A DNA stretch of 64,000 nt from Candidatus Nanoarchaeia archaeon (GCA_035293285.1 DATDOM010000046.1:5982-69981), one strand, 5' to 3'; positions 26,475 to 35,633 are shown, numbered from the stretch's first letter. Notes: generated by a model from the letters alone, not told the origin. Program-made: numbers and translations.

Positions 26475-27227
26475 TCACTCTTTCTTTTTTCCAAGCCTTT
26501 CAAAAAACTCCATAACTTCTACTGGCAAGGCCATTATTACAGTATTCGAAGCAGTTGGGCCAAGCCCGTCAAGGGTTTGCAAAGTCCTTAATTGCATTGC
26601 GCCTTTTGCCTTTCCCATTGTTGATGCTGCCGCTGCAAGGTTCTTTGCAGCATCCCTGTCTCCTTCGCTCTTGATTATGACAGCCCGTTTTTCTCTTTCT
26701 GCTGCTGCCTGTCTTGACATTATTCTTTTCAAATCATCAGGAACTTCAACATCCTGTAATTTAATAGTTTGAATATCCAAACCCCACTGGTCAGTTTCCT
26801 TGTCAACAATTTTTCTTATCTCTTCTCCAATCTTCTGCCTTTCAGTCAAAACAGTATCTAAACTCATTCCGCCAATCACATCCCTTAAAGCAGTCTGCGC
26901 GTATTGTGCAAGTGAATATTCATAATCCTGAATCTTTATGACAGCATCATTTACTTTTGCAACCTTGAAAAACACAACTCCATTGACGTGGACTGGAACG
27001 TTGTCTCTTGTCATTACCTGCTGCTTCTCTATGTCAATTGTCCTGATTCTTAAGTCGACAATTACCATTCTTTGAATTATTGGAAAAATAAATGTCAGGC
27101 CGGGGTCTCTCATTCCGCCATATTTTCCCAGAGTGAAAATTACTCCTTTTTCATACTGATTAATTACCCTTAAGCCTGAAAGAACTACAATCACCGCAAA
27201 AACCAAAAGTCCGATTTGCCATATCAT
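26475..27227 (-). CDS. SPFH/band-7 (stomatin-like) protein
   Basis: N-terminal TM then ...RTIDIEKQQVMTRDNVPVHVNGVVFFKV...ALRDVIGGMSLDTVLTERQKI. Confidence 0.85.
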   Translation of the reverse strand: MIWQIGLLVFAVIVVLSGLRVINQYEKGVIFTLGKYGGMRDPGLTFIFPIIQRMVIVDLRIRTIDIEKQQVMTRDNVPVHVNGVVFFKVAKVNDAVIKIQDYEYSLAQYAQTALRDVIGGMSLDTVLTERQKIGEEIRKIVDKETDQWGLDIQTIKLQDVEVPDDLKRIMSRQAAAEREKRAVIIKSEGDRDAAKNLAAAASTMGKAKGAMQLRTLQTLDGLGPTASNTVIMALPVEVMEFFERLGKKKE

Positions 27228-27376
27228 TTTTACCGCCCCCGCATTAAGTTATGTTTAGCAACTTGTTATTTGCAGATTTATAAATGTTGTTAATAAAAAG
27301 CCTGCATCGATTTTATTATCTATTCAATAGTAGTTACAATAGAAAAGTTTATAAATTTGAATCCTGTACCAGCATT

Positions 27377-27982
27377 ATGGCAAGAAAACCTCAAAACCTG
27401 GATACTTTGTTGTTATCAGTAACAAATGAAGAAACAAAAGAATTGAGGGCTAAGATTGTTCTCGATATTCTTGTTTCCGGAAACGAAGTATCGGAGCAAT
27501 ATGCTAAAGAAGCCGCCGGAACTTATGCCAGTAAAAAAGAAGTTGGCACTGCTGCCTTAATAATGGAGAAGGCTGGTTATGGGCCACAGGCAAAGGACTT
27601 CTATACTCAGGCATTTAAACTCGCAGATTCACCTTCAAGCAAAACAGCTGATTCAACATCAAGCAGAGCAACTCTTTCGGAAAGGGCACATCTTGCTGAA
27701 AAGGCAAAACTTTACGATACTGCAATAGAGTTATGGATGAAACTAGGCAAACCTGGTGAAGCAGAAAGGATTGCAAAAGAACAAAATATGAAAGACAAGA
27801 TAGGAAGTTATTATGCTTTAGTTGGAAGCTATTCAGAAGCCGCAAAAGCTCTGGAAGGGTCAGATTTAATTCATAAAATTGGCAGCTATAACATCCTTAG
27901 CAAAATGACTAATGAGTTTAAGGGTTCCTGGAAGGACAAACTGCCAGGATTTATGTATGATTTGTTTACCAGAAAATACTAA
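27377..27982 (+). CDS. hypothetical helical-repeat protein
   Basis: The ATG at 27377 (MARKPQNLD...) is preferred over the track's upstream start. Ala/Lys/Glu-rich helical sequence. Confidence 0.3.
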   Translation: MARKPQNLDTLLLSVTNEETKELRAKIVLDILVSGNEVSEQYAKEAAGTYASKKEVGTAALIMEKAGYGPQAKDFYTQAFKLADSPSSKTADSTSSRATLSERAHLAEKAKLYDTAIELWMKLGKPGEAERIAKEQNMKDKIGSYYALVGSYSEAAKALEGSDLIHKIGSYNILSKMTNEFKGSWKDKLPGFMYDLFTRKY

Positions 27983-28007
27983 TAAGAGAAATAATTTACA
28001 AAATTCG

Positions 28008-28484
28008 TCATATATGGCACGAATATCCATTCTTCTGAAAGTATTTCTGGTGGTATTCTTCTGCGGGATAAAATTTAGGCGCCTTGACAATTTCAGTAAC
28101 AATCGGCTTTTTGTATTTTCCGGATTTTTCAAGTTTCTCTTTTGATTTCAATGCAGTATTTTTCTGCTCGTCACTGTAATAAAAGATTGCAGAGCGGTAC
28201 TGCGAGCCCACATCAGGCCCCTGCCTGTTCGGAGTTGTAGGGTCATGGATGCTAAAGAACAAATCAAGCAGTTTTTCGTAAGTAACAATTGAAGAATCAT
28301 ATTCAACATAAACAGCTTCAGCGTGGCCAGTTTCATCAGAACAGACATCTTCATAAGTCGGGTTTTCCATTTTCCCGCCCATGTAGCCTACTTCTGTTTT
28401 AAGCACTCCTTTTACCTCGCTGAACTTAAATTCAACTCCCCAGAAGCATCCTGCGCCGAACGCTGCTTTTTGTGTTTGTGGCAT
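28008..28484 (-). CDS. msrA: peptide methionine (S)-sulfoxide reductase
   Basis: [15 protein letters not shown]...[11 protein letters not shown]...[18 protein letters not shown]. Confidence 0.9.
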   Translation of the reverse strand: MPQTQKAAFGAGCFWGVEFKFSEVKGVLKTEVGYMGGKMENPTYEDVCSDETGHAEAVYVEYDSSIVTYEKLLDLFFSIHDPTTPNRQGPDVGSQYRSAIFYYSDEQKNTALKSKEKLEKSGKYKKPIVTEIVKAPKFYPAEEYHQKYFQKNGYSCHI

Positions 28485-28673
28485 TTATTTTAACCTTCCG
28501 TGATCTCCCAGGTACTTCATCAGTTTTTTGAGTTCGTCTTCAGATATTGTGACTTCAAAATGAAATTTATCAAATAACCCGGGCGCAATTGTTATTTTTA
28601 TGTTTCCAGGTTCCTTGGAATTGTACTCTATGTATCCCTCCTCTTCTATAATAATTGGTTTGCCGGATGGCAT
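28485..28673 (-). CDS. small hypothetical protein
   Basis: 62-aa ORF abutting the msrA start. Confidence 0.3.
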   Translation of the reverse strand: MPSGKPIIIEEEGYIEYNSKEPGNIKITIAPGLFDKFHFEVTISEDELKKLMKYLGDHGRLK

Positions 28674-28725
28674 AGTAAAACTTTGTCTGAAAAGTATATA
28701 AATTTATGCTGTGATTAAAGAAAAA

Positions 28726-28848
28726 TAGCCCCGGGCAGACTTTCGCAAAAGATTTTGATTCTTTTTATTCGAACTGCCGTCACAGCCTTTCTCTTATGAT
28801 TCTCTCATAACCAAAGGGCCGTATCCTTGACCGCTAGACTACGGGGCT
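28726..28848 (-). tRNA. tRNA-Gln (anticodon UUG) with two intervening sequences
   Basis: Minus-strand read: AGCCCCG-TA-GTCT-AGCGGTCAA-GGAT-A-CGGCC-CTTTGG[22 nt]A-GGCTG-TGAC-GGCAG-TTCGAAT[28 nt]CTGCC-CGGGGCT-A. All four stems pair. Confidence 0.8.
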
Positions 28849-28928
28849 TTAGCTTTCTGGAAAATTATGCATTATTTAAATTAATTGCTATAGGAATTTT
28901 TATAAACTTCAAAATATTGGAATTGAAA

Positions 28929-29462
28929 ATGAAAAGATTTTTACCAATTGCATTGATAATTTTAATATTTGTTCCAGGATGCAAATCAAATGCAGGCATG
29001 ACTGAGCAGGAAAAAGTCCAGTACAGCCTTAAAAACTGCGAACGGGACAATAAAATTTGCCCTGACGGAAGCATTGTGATGAGAATTGGTCCTGACTGCG
29101 AGTTTGAAGCGTGCCCTGAAATGAACGACCCCTGCGGATATTCTGATTTCAGGAAAGACTACAGCTCAAGAAATCCTGAAGAGTGCAAAAGAATGAAGTT
29201 CACTTGCTACGGATATGAAACAATGTTTTCAAACGAATGCGGCTGCGGATGCCAAAAACCAGAATGGATGACAGGCGGGACAATGTGCCAGGAAGGCGAC
29301 AGGTATTATGAACGCTGTCCTGAAGATGAAGAAACAATCTGCGGAATAATTGACCCAAAATCAAAAATGTGCGGAAGCGAGCCTTGTAAAAAAGAATTCA
29401 AAAACAGGTGCGAGGCATGCAGGACAGAAAATATAGTTTATGCTGCTGTTGGTAAATGTTAA
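28929..29462 (+). CDS. Cys-rich secreted lipoprotein
   Basis: The ATG at 28929 gives MKRFLPIALIILIFVPGC. The mature part has more than 20 Cys (CGCGC, CEACRTEN). The track start at 28827 would overlap tRNA-Gln. Confidence 0.45.
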   Translation: MKRFLPIALIILIFVPGCKSNAGMTEQEKVQYSLKNCERDNKICPDGSIVMRIGPDCEFEACPEMNDPCGYSDFRKDYSSRNPEECKRMKFTCYGYETMFSNECGCGCQKPEWMTGGTMCQEGDRYYERCPEDEETICGIIDPKSKMCGSEPCKKEFKNRCEACRTENIVYAAVGKC

Positions 29463-29513
29463 TTTCTAAGAAATAAAAAACAAAATTTAAATAGATAAGA
29501 TTTTCTCAATGCA

Positions 29514-31355
29514 ATGATGAGGGGGCTTTCATTAATAATTTTATTCTTGCTTGTTATTCAGACCGCTAGCGCTATGTATACTCAGGGTGAAGGCTATGAA
29601 GCAATAGCCAGTGAGCATTCTCCAATTCTTTTTATTCCAGGAATTATGGGTTCAGCGCTTGACGACAATAACAGATGGACAATGTCAGACAATCTCTGGC
29701 CAGGAAATCCGCATGAAGACAGGATGGAGCTTGCATTCAAAGAAGACGGAAAAACAGTTTTGGTAGACGGCTCTGACATTAAAGCAACATACGTCTTAAG
29801 AACAGCATGGAAATCTCCAATCTATAATGGGTTCTATGTATACATGGATGCCAACACCCCTTACAAATTTGACGGAAAGACTGGCAATGGGGATTATATG
29901 GGTCCTGCTTATTTTGACAGGCCTTATGATTTCAGGCGTCCTACAGAGTTTCACCTCAGCGGAAAGAACAGCATTGGTGATGATGTAAAAAGAATTCTAA
30001 AGGAAACAAAGTCAGACAAAATTATTCTTATTGCCCACAGCATGGGGGGGCTTCAGGCAAAAATGTATGCCTCACAAAATCCAGACAAAGTCAGGGCAGT
30101 CATCTTATTATCAAGCCCGCTTAATGGAGCGCCACGGGGATTCCAATCATTAACAGAAGGATACAATTTTGGAGCAGGCCTTTTGATTTCAGAAGCTCAC
30201 GTCTGGGAAATAGGACACAACTGGGAAGGTGTCTTTCATCTTTCTCCTGACCACCAGTTTGTAAAGGCAAATGGAAATCTTATTTCACTCGACGAAACAT
30301 TCGGCAAAGGAATAAGTTTCCAGCAGGCAGGTCACCTTCCAAGAGAAGCATTTAGCGAGCTTCAAGTAGCCAAAATTACAAATCCTGATGAAGTTACAAA
30401 AAAACTTGAAGAAAAATACAGCGGGCTTTCTCCAGAAGTATACAAAAATACAAAAGAGTTCAGGGCAAAATTCAATGCATTAAAAGCAGACCCTTCAGTA
30501 AGAGTTGAGATTATTCACGGCGACAACCAGATGACAACTCAGGAATTTACTGTAAGAAATGAATTATATACATCTATTCACACTTATGGCACAGGAGAAT
30601 TCATAACAACAGAAGAAGGATCTACTGAATTAGCAGCCCCATTCAAGTTCAATATCAGGAGGCTTGATAAAGTTGACAAAGCAGAAGGAGACGAGACAGT
30701 TCATAGAAAAGGATTCCCATGGGGCAGCGCTGTAAGAACCCAGACTGTAAACTCAGGCCACATGACAATGGCAGCAATTCCGGAAACTCTTGATAAAGTA
30801 GTGGCAATTATTGAAGAAGTTAACCACGACAAAAGAGACAAGCAGTGGATTGATTCAGTCAAAAGAATTGCAGGCGATAATCTTGGAAAGCTTGCTCAAA
30901 TGAGTGAGTCAGCCCTGGCAGAAAAATCCAAGGAATATGCAGAGGCAATTAAGGCAGAAAAGGAGAAAAAAGAAAAAGACGAAAACTTCATAAAAAAACT
31001 CACAGGAGATATAAAGGGAAGGGGCAAGTATGTATTTTTCCAGAGAATGATTGAAGGAAAACAAAACAAAATCCAGATAATAGTTCCAGAGATGGGGCAA
31101 TATGACGACAAGCACAAGGACTTTCATGCATGGATTGCGCTTGACAGCTATACAATAGTTGATTCAGGCGTAGGAATAGTGCAGCCTTCAACATATACAA
31201 TCACAATGAATAAAGAAACTTTCCAGGGAGTAACAAGTGGAACTATTTCGCTAAAACAGGCATGGGACAGTGGAAATCTTGACGTCAGTGGCGGATTAAA
31301 AGAAAATTTACTAATATGGGCAGGATCATGGCTTTCAAAATTTATGTCTTCATAA
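29514..31355 (+). CDS. secreted alpha/beta-hydrolase (PGAP1/LCAT-like lipase) fused to a C-terminal SCP2-like lipid-binding domain
   Basis: Signal peptide; nucleophile elbow IILIAHSMGGLQAKMY; C-terminus TITMNKETFQGVTSGTISLKQAWDSGNLDVSGGLKENLL resembles SCP2. Confidence 0.65.
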   Translation: MMRGLSLIILFLLVIQTASAMYTQGEGYEAIASEHSPILFIPGIMGSALDDNNRWTMSDNLWPGNPHEDRMELAFKEDGKTVLVDGSDIKATYVLRTAWKSPIYNGFYVYMDANTPYKFDGKTGNGDYMGPAYFDRPYDFRRPTEFHLSGKNSIGDDVKRILKETKSDKIILIAHSMGGLQAKMYASQNPDKVRAVILLSSPLNGAPRGFQSLTEGYNFGAGLLISEAHVWEIGHNWEGVFHLSPDHQFVKANGNLISLDETFGKGISFQQAGHLPREAFSELQVAKITNPDEVTKKLEEKYSGLSPEVYKNTKEFRAKFNALKADPSVRVEIIHGDNQMTTQEFTVRNELYTSIHTYGTGEFITTEEGSTELAAPFKFNIRRLDKVDKAEGDETVHRKGFPWGSAVRTQTVNSGHMTMAAIPETLDKVVAIIEEVNHDKRDKQWIDSVKRIAGDNLGKLAQMSESALAEKSKEYAEAIKAEKEKKEKDENFIKKLTGDIKGRGKYVFFQRMIEGKQNKIQIIVPEMGQYDDKHKDFHAWIALDSYTIVDSGVGIVQPSTYTITMNKETFQGVTSGTISLKQAWDSGNLDVSGGLKENLLIWAGSWLSKFMSS

Positions 31356-31936
31356 TTGCACTTTTGATGCTTCCGGGCATCTTTGCATACCAGCAGGGCT
31401 ATCTGGTTTTTGACACAAAAGGCTGGGAAGTGTTTGAGCAGGTAAGCTGGAGGCAGGCATTTACAAAAGGAGATTTATTTCTCGAAATCAGGGCAAGTCA
31501 GGGTTCATTGATTGAAAATGAGAAATTTGCAAGAGAAATAGGAGGCAAAGTTGAAAGCACTCAAGCTTATTCTGACGTCAAAGAATCAATCATTTCAAAC
31601 AGCAATGATTTCTATATATTTGCAACACTTCCTTACAAAGACCATTCATACCTTATAACAATGACCGGGCCAAAAGCCAAGATGAGTGAAGGCAAAACAG
31701 CAATTCAGGCAGTCTACAAGACATTTAGCTTTGCAGGCACTCCTCAAGTTGTCGAGGCTCCTTGGGAAAAAGAGCCAGTGCCTCCAAAAAGGGTTTCATT
31801 TCTTGTCAGGCATCCTGTTCCGTGGGACTGGATTATTCTTTTGGTAGTTCTTGGAGGAATAGGATGGCTAATCTGGCGAAAAATAAAGAAGCGAAAGCAT
31901 AAACACGCAACGCACCACGAAGAGCATAAGAAGTAG
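31316..31936 (+). CDS. membrane-anchored hypothetical protein
   Basis: N-terminal signal/TM, C-terminal TM (WDWIILLVVLGGIGWLIW) and a basic His-rich tail; overlaps the lipase gene end. Confidence 0.4.
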   Translation: MGRIMAFKIYVFIIALLMLPGIFAYQQGYLVFDTKGWEVFEQVSWRQAFTKGDLFLEIRASQGSLIENEKFAREIGGKVESTQAYSDVKESIISNSNDFYIFATLPYKDHSYLITMTGPKAKMSEGKTAIQAVYKTFSFAGTPQVVEAPWEKEPVPPKRVSFLVRHPVPWDWIILLVVLGGIGWLIWRKIKKRKHKHATHHEEHKK

Positions 31937-32023
31937 ATTTCTAGTTGCGCACATCGTTGAATAAGCTATGCAATGCCACTATGGAATGTTAATCTTATAT
32001 ACTAAGATGTCTTAAATTAGGCT

Positions 32024-32434
32024 ATGAAAGAAGTCCAAATGAAAAAAAGATGGATTTTGCTGTCATCATTTTTGATTTCCTGCGCATTTACGATTTTGGA
32101 TTCACTGGTCCATTATTTCTATGAGGGTTTAGAAATTTATTATTATCCATTTCATTTTTTCGGAATACAGTCGGCATTGACTAATTATGCCATGTCCAAA
32201 CTGGTTTCTTCAACCATAATCTTATTCATCCTATTCTATGTTTTTTCAAAGACAAAAATAAACAAGCATGTTCAGTACAATTTAATAACATTGATAGTCG
32301 TAGTTCTTTTGGAAATAAGGTACATAATGGGGGGCTATTATACAAATATTTGGCACATTCTTAATTTCATAAACCATTATTTATCGTTGATTATAGGAAT
32401 CTACTTAGTTAAACAAATAAAATTTAAAGATTAA
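32024..32434 (+). CDS. integral membrane protein
   Basis: Four hydrophobic spans in 136 aa. Confidence 0.4.
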   Translation: MKEVQMKKRWILLSSFLISCAFTILDSLVHYFYEGLEIYYYPFHFFGIQSALTNYAMSKLVSSTIILFILFYVFSKTKINKHVQYNLITLIVVVLLEIRYIMGGYYTNIWHILNFINHYLSLIIGIYLVKQIKFKD

Positions 32435-32567
32435 TGGTATAATTCTAGTCCAATTTTAAGAATTTAATTATTCTATCGCTGCACTAATGCCCTATGAATG
32501 GAAATAAGAAATTCCATTAAGGTTATAAAAAAATAAAATTCCCTAACCAATCTGAAAACTATAAATT

Positions 32568-33401
32568 TTATTTTTCAGTTCCGGTTATTGAAAGCAGGCT
32601 TCCGCTTCCGAGTGCAAGAGGCATCTTTCCGTCCCATTTCTGGATTGTTAAATAATCAATATATCTTGGGCTTTTTGACAGTTCTTCGTTAACTATCCTT
32701 ATTGCCTCTGCCTCTCCTTTGGATTGGACAATTTTCTGCTGCGCCTGGAATTCTATTACTTTCAAATTGTTTTGTTCCTTTAAGGCGTTTTGCTCAGCAG
32801 TTACTTTTTGTTCTATTGCTAAGTTGAATTCCTTGCTGAAATCAAAATTAGTTACTGATAAATCATCCAATGCTATGAATGATGTGGAGAGCCTGTCCCT
32901 CAGGGTGTTTTTTATTTGTTCCTTTACAAGTTCTCTTTTTGTAATCAGCTCTTCAGCAATGTATTTTGCAGTTATCGATTTTACAACTTCTTGAATCGAC
33001 GGGCTGATAATCCTATCCTCATATTCAGGCCCGATATTTTTAAATAAATCATTGACTTTATCCTTGTTAATATGGTAATTTAATGCAATTTCTGCCGAAA
33101 CTATCTGCAAATCTTTTGAAGCAGCTGCTGCCTGCGCATGAAAAACTCTGGTCCTTACTTCAAACCTGTATGGCTTTTCAAAGAAAGGTATTTTCAGGTG
33201 CATGCCTTCTTCAAATGTCTTTTCTTTGACTCCGTAAAAAGAATTGAATATGACTCCTTTGTAGCCCGCGCCAACCACAAAAAATGAATTCCATAGAGTA
33301 ATTATAATCAATAATATAATAAGTAGCTTTTTGATAGTGTTCAAGGATATTCGCGTATTTGTAGGTTTTTTTGTGTTTGTTGAAGTATCTTTTTCTGCCA
33401 A
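32568..33401 (-). CDS. prohibitin/HflC-like SPFH-domain protein
   Basis: TM then ...AGYKGVIFNSFYGVKEKTFEEGMHLKIPFFEKPYRFEVRTR...AASKDLQIVSAEIALNY. Confidence 0.85.
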   Translation of the reverse strand: MAEKDTSTNTKKPTNTRISLNTIKKLLIILLIIITLWNSFFVVGAGYKGVIFNSFYGVKEKTFEEGMHLKIPFFEKPYRFEVRTRVFHAQAAAASKDLQIVSAEIALNYHINKDKVNDLFKNIGPEYEDRIISPSIQEVVKSITAKYIAEELITKRELVKEQIKNTLRDRLSTSFIALDDLSVTNFDFSKEFNLAIEQKVTAEQNALKEQNNLKVIEFQAQQKIVQSKGEAEAIRIVNEELSKSPRYIDYLTIQKWDGKMPLALGSGSLLSITGTEK

Positions 33402-33439
33402 TTTAACTCACCCCCTTAGTATTTTATGATTAATATAAA

Positions 33440-33588
33440 TGCGGAGGACAGGATTCGAACCTGCGTAAGCACTAAGCTAATAGGTGTCTTCTAGTCATTG
33501 CATTGCTGCTCGTAACACCAATCAATGCTGGCCTAAGCTTGGACGGAAATATTTCCTCTATCCCGTTTGGCCACTCCGGCACCTCCGC
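33440..33588 (-). tRNA. class II tRNA, proposed tRNA-Leu (UAG) with two intervening sequences
   Basis: Minus-strand read: GCGGAGG-TG-CCG..CGG-G-ATAG[19 nt]G-CTTAGG[46 nt]A-CCTAT-TAGCTTAGTGCTTAC-GCAGG-TTCGAAT-CCTGT-CCTCCGC-A. The acceptor, D and T arms are unambiguous. The anticodon-arm parse is my inference. Confidence 0.65.
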
Positions 33589-34126
33589 ATTTGAGTTTTA
33601 GATAGATTCTTCCAAGCTTTTCTTTATTCTGCAAAGGGAAAGTGCTTAAAAATTTATCTATTTGATTCTTATTAATCCTTATGCCATAAAATTCTTTTTT
33701 GTATTTTTTGTTAATCCAGGATTCTTTTGAGTGAGTTATGTTAAATTCCGTTAGTAAATTGCTTACACCATCACAAAGTCTTTTGCTAGCTGTTGTGAAG
33801 CCTAAAGTATTTGATCTAAAACCTCCATCTGTGTCAAAATATCCTGCTAAGAAGTGCTTCTTTATCTCTTGTGATGATTTTTCAATTGAAGTTGGTACAA
33901 AAACCCTATTACTTTTTGCACCTTTTGGTATTTCCATTCGTTCATTAAAAAATTTGAATAATTCTTTATTTCTTATCCTTAAGTATAAGCGAGGTATCCT
34001 GTTTCCTCTTTTGAGAGGTTCCTTAGGGTTAGTTCTAGTGAATATAAGAGTTTTAATAAGTTCAGAAAGGTAATTTAAGTACAACCTGTCAGACATATCA
34101 ATAGTTATTGCATAGTCTTTTGACAA
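33533..34126 (-). CDS. LAGLIDADG homing endonuclease (frame stays open upstream to 34261)
   Basis: Second motif HFLAGYFDTDGGF lies inside the track ORF. First motif AYLSGVIIGDGN lies in frame upstream of the TTG start. The C-terminal 19 codons overlap the tRNA 5' half. Confidence 0.8.
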   Translation of the reverse strand: MSKDYAITIDMSDRLYLNYLSELIKTLIFTRTNPKEPLKRGNRIPRLYLRIRNKELFKFFNERMEIPKGAKSNRVFVPTSIEKSSQEIKKHFLAGYFDTDGGFRSNTLGFTTASKRLCDGVSNLLTEFNITHSKESWINKKYKKEFYGIRINKNQIDKFLSTFPLQNKEKLGRIYLKLKCGGAGVAKRDRGNISVQA

Positions 34127-34371
34127 ATCATTTTTCTTAGATTTTACATAATTAGAAATATTGCCGTCTCCTATTATTACTCCTGATAAATAAGCAGTTT
34201 TGGTAGTTAAAGTTAACGATGGCTGTATTTTTGTAGTTCTCTCAAGTACTAATATTATTAATTAAATTATGAATAGTTGCTTTAAATAATATACGCAAGG
34301 AAGTCCAGTGACAGATTCAAACTAACAGCTTTTTAGATAATTATAAATATAACAATGCCAAAAATCAAGGT

Positions 34372-35031
34372 ATGGATGTTGCAGCGTGCATTAGGTCAAG
34401 AAGGTCTGTAAGAAAGTACAAGCCAGTTGACATTCCATGGGATAATGTTGTCCAGATTCTCGAGTCAGGAAGGCACGCGCCGTTTGCAGGAAACATACAA
34501 AACTGCAAGTTCATAGTCTGCAAGAACGAAGACAAAAGAGTTGCAATTGCAGAGGCATGCTCAAAGCAGTATTGGATGCAGGACGCGCCAATCCACATTG
34601 TAATTGTCGCAGAGCCTGAAAAATCAGAAAGATATTACGGGACAAGGGGCTCAAGATTATATACGATACAGGGCGCGGCAGCAGTAATCCAAAACATGCT
34701 CCTGACAGCCCATTCCTTAGGCCTTGGCGCATGCTGGGTCGGCGCTTTTGACGAGGAAGAAATAAGAAGGCTGTGCAACCTGCCTGAGCATGTCAACGTG
34801 CAGGGAATAATCACTATAGGGCACGCTGCCGAAACTCCTGAACCGCCGCCAAAATACAGGATTGAGCACACAATGTTCTTTGAAAAATGGTGGGGCAGGA
34901 TTGAAAGCCCAAAATCAGGCTTAAGCTACTGGAGCCCGTATGTCGACAAGATGGTAAAAAACACAAAGAAAGGCATAAAGAGGGCCGTTGATAAGGTAAA
35001 AGGGAAAGGAAAGAAGAAAGATGGAAAATAA
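34372..35031 (+). CDS. nitroreductase-family protein
   Basis: IRSRRSVRKYKPVDIPWDNVVQILESGRHAPFAGNIQ...; Lys-rich C-terminal tail. Confidence 0.8.
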   Translation: MDVAACIRSRRSVRKYKPVDIPWDNVVQILESGRHAPFAGNIQNCKFIVCKNEDKRVAIAEACSKQYWMQDAPIHIVIVAEPEKSERYYGTRGSRLYTIQGAAAVIQNMLLTAHSLGLGACWVGAFDEEEIRRLCNLPEHVNVQGIITIGHAAETPEPPPKYRIEHTMFFEKWWGRIESPKSGLSYWSPYVDKMVKNTKKGIKRAVDKVKGKGKKKDGK

Positions 35032-35075
35032 AATTAATGAAATTTGTATTTTATAACTTTCTGAATTCTAGAAGT

Positions 35076-35633
35076 TTATTTCGTGTATAATGTGCTTGCT
35101 GCTAAAAGTTGGCTGTTAAAATCTCTGTATCCATTTTCTGAAGTTCTTCTCGCCAACGCCGGTTCTATTACAATAGCTACTAGTTTTTCAAGTCCTCTTC
35201 GGACTTGTGGCTTCATGAAAGAAAATTTATCCAGAACTTTTGCTGCCTTATCTCCAACACCGCCATAATACATTTCAATGAATAATTGGCCAAGAGGATG
35301 GTTAACAAGAACTTCATCCCTATACCTTCTTAATGATTTTACAGTTGGGTGATTTCCATTGCCTTCATAAGCTGATGTTGCGACAAAACATAAAGAGTCG
35401 TCATCGTCATCAAAATAAGATGTTGTCGCTTGGCTGGATTGACGACTTATTTCTAATTCAAGAGCCCTTCTGGGAAAAAGCTCATCGTTTAGAGTTGTGT
35501 CTGTTCCACTTTCTAGCCGAAAAGAAGAGCGGGCTCTGTCCCATATTCTTTCTCTCTCGCCTTCTGGAAGTTTCATATCAAAGTATTTAGGATCGTTCCA
35601 AGGCTCGTCACCTCTAGTCCACCCACCTACCAT
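35076..35633 (-). CDS. hypothetical protein with CFVATSAY...LRRYRD motif
   Basis: Contains a DDDDD run then CFVATSAYEGNGNHPTVKSLRRYRDEVL. I have seen this motif in other prokaryotic proteins but cannot name the family. Confidence 0.3.
   Translation of the reverse strand: MVGGWTRGDEPWNDPKYFDMKLPEGERERIWDRARSSFRLESGTDTTLNDELFPRRALELEISRQSSQATTSYFDDDDDSLCFVATSAYEGNGNHPTVKSLRRYRDEVLVNHPLGQLFIEMYYGGVGDKAAKVLDKFSFMKPQVRRGLEKLVAIVIEPALARRTSENGYRDFNSQLLAASTLYTK

Noticed and set aside
28827-28928. N-terminal extension of the Cys-rich lipoprotein ORF
   Set aside because: The extension overlaps tRNA-Gln on the opposite strand, and the internal ATG at 28929 yields a proper signal peptide. A similar trimming was applied to 11766-12473 (start moved to 12380) and 27284-27982 (start moved to 27377).
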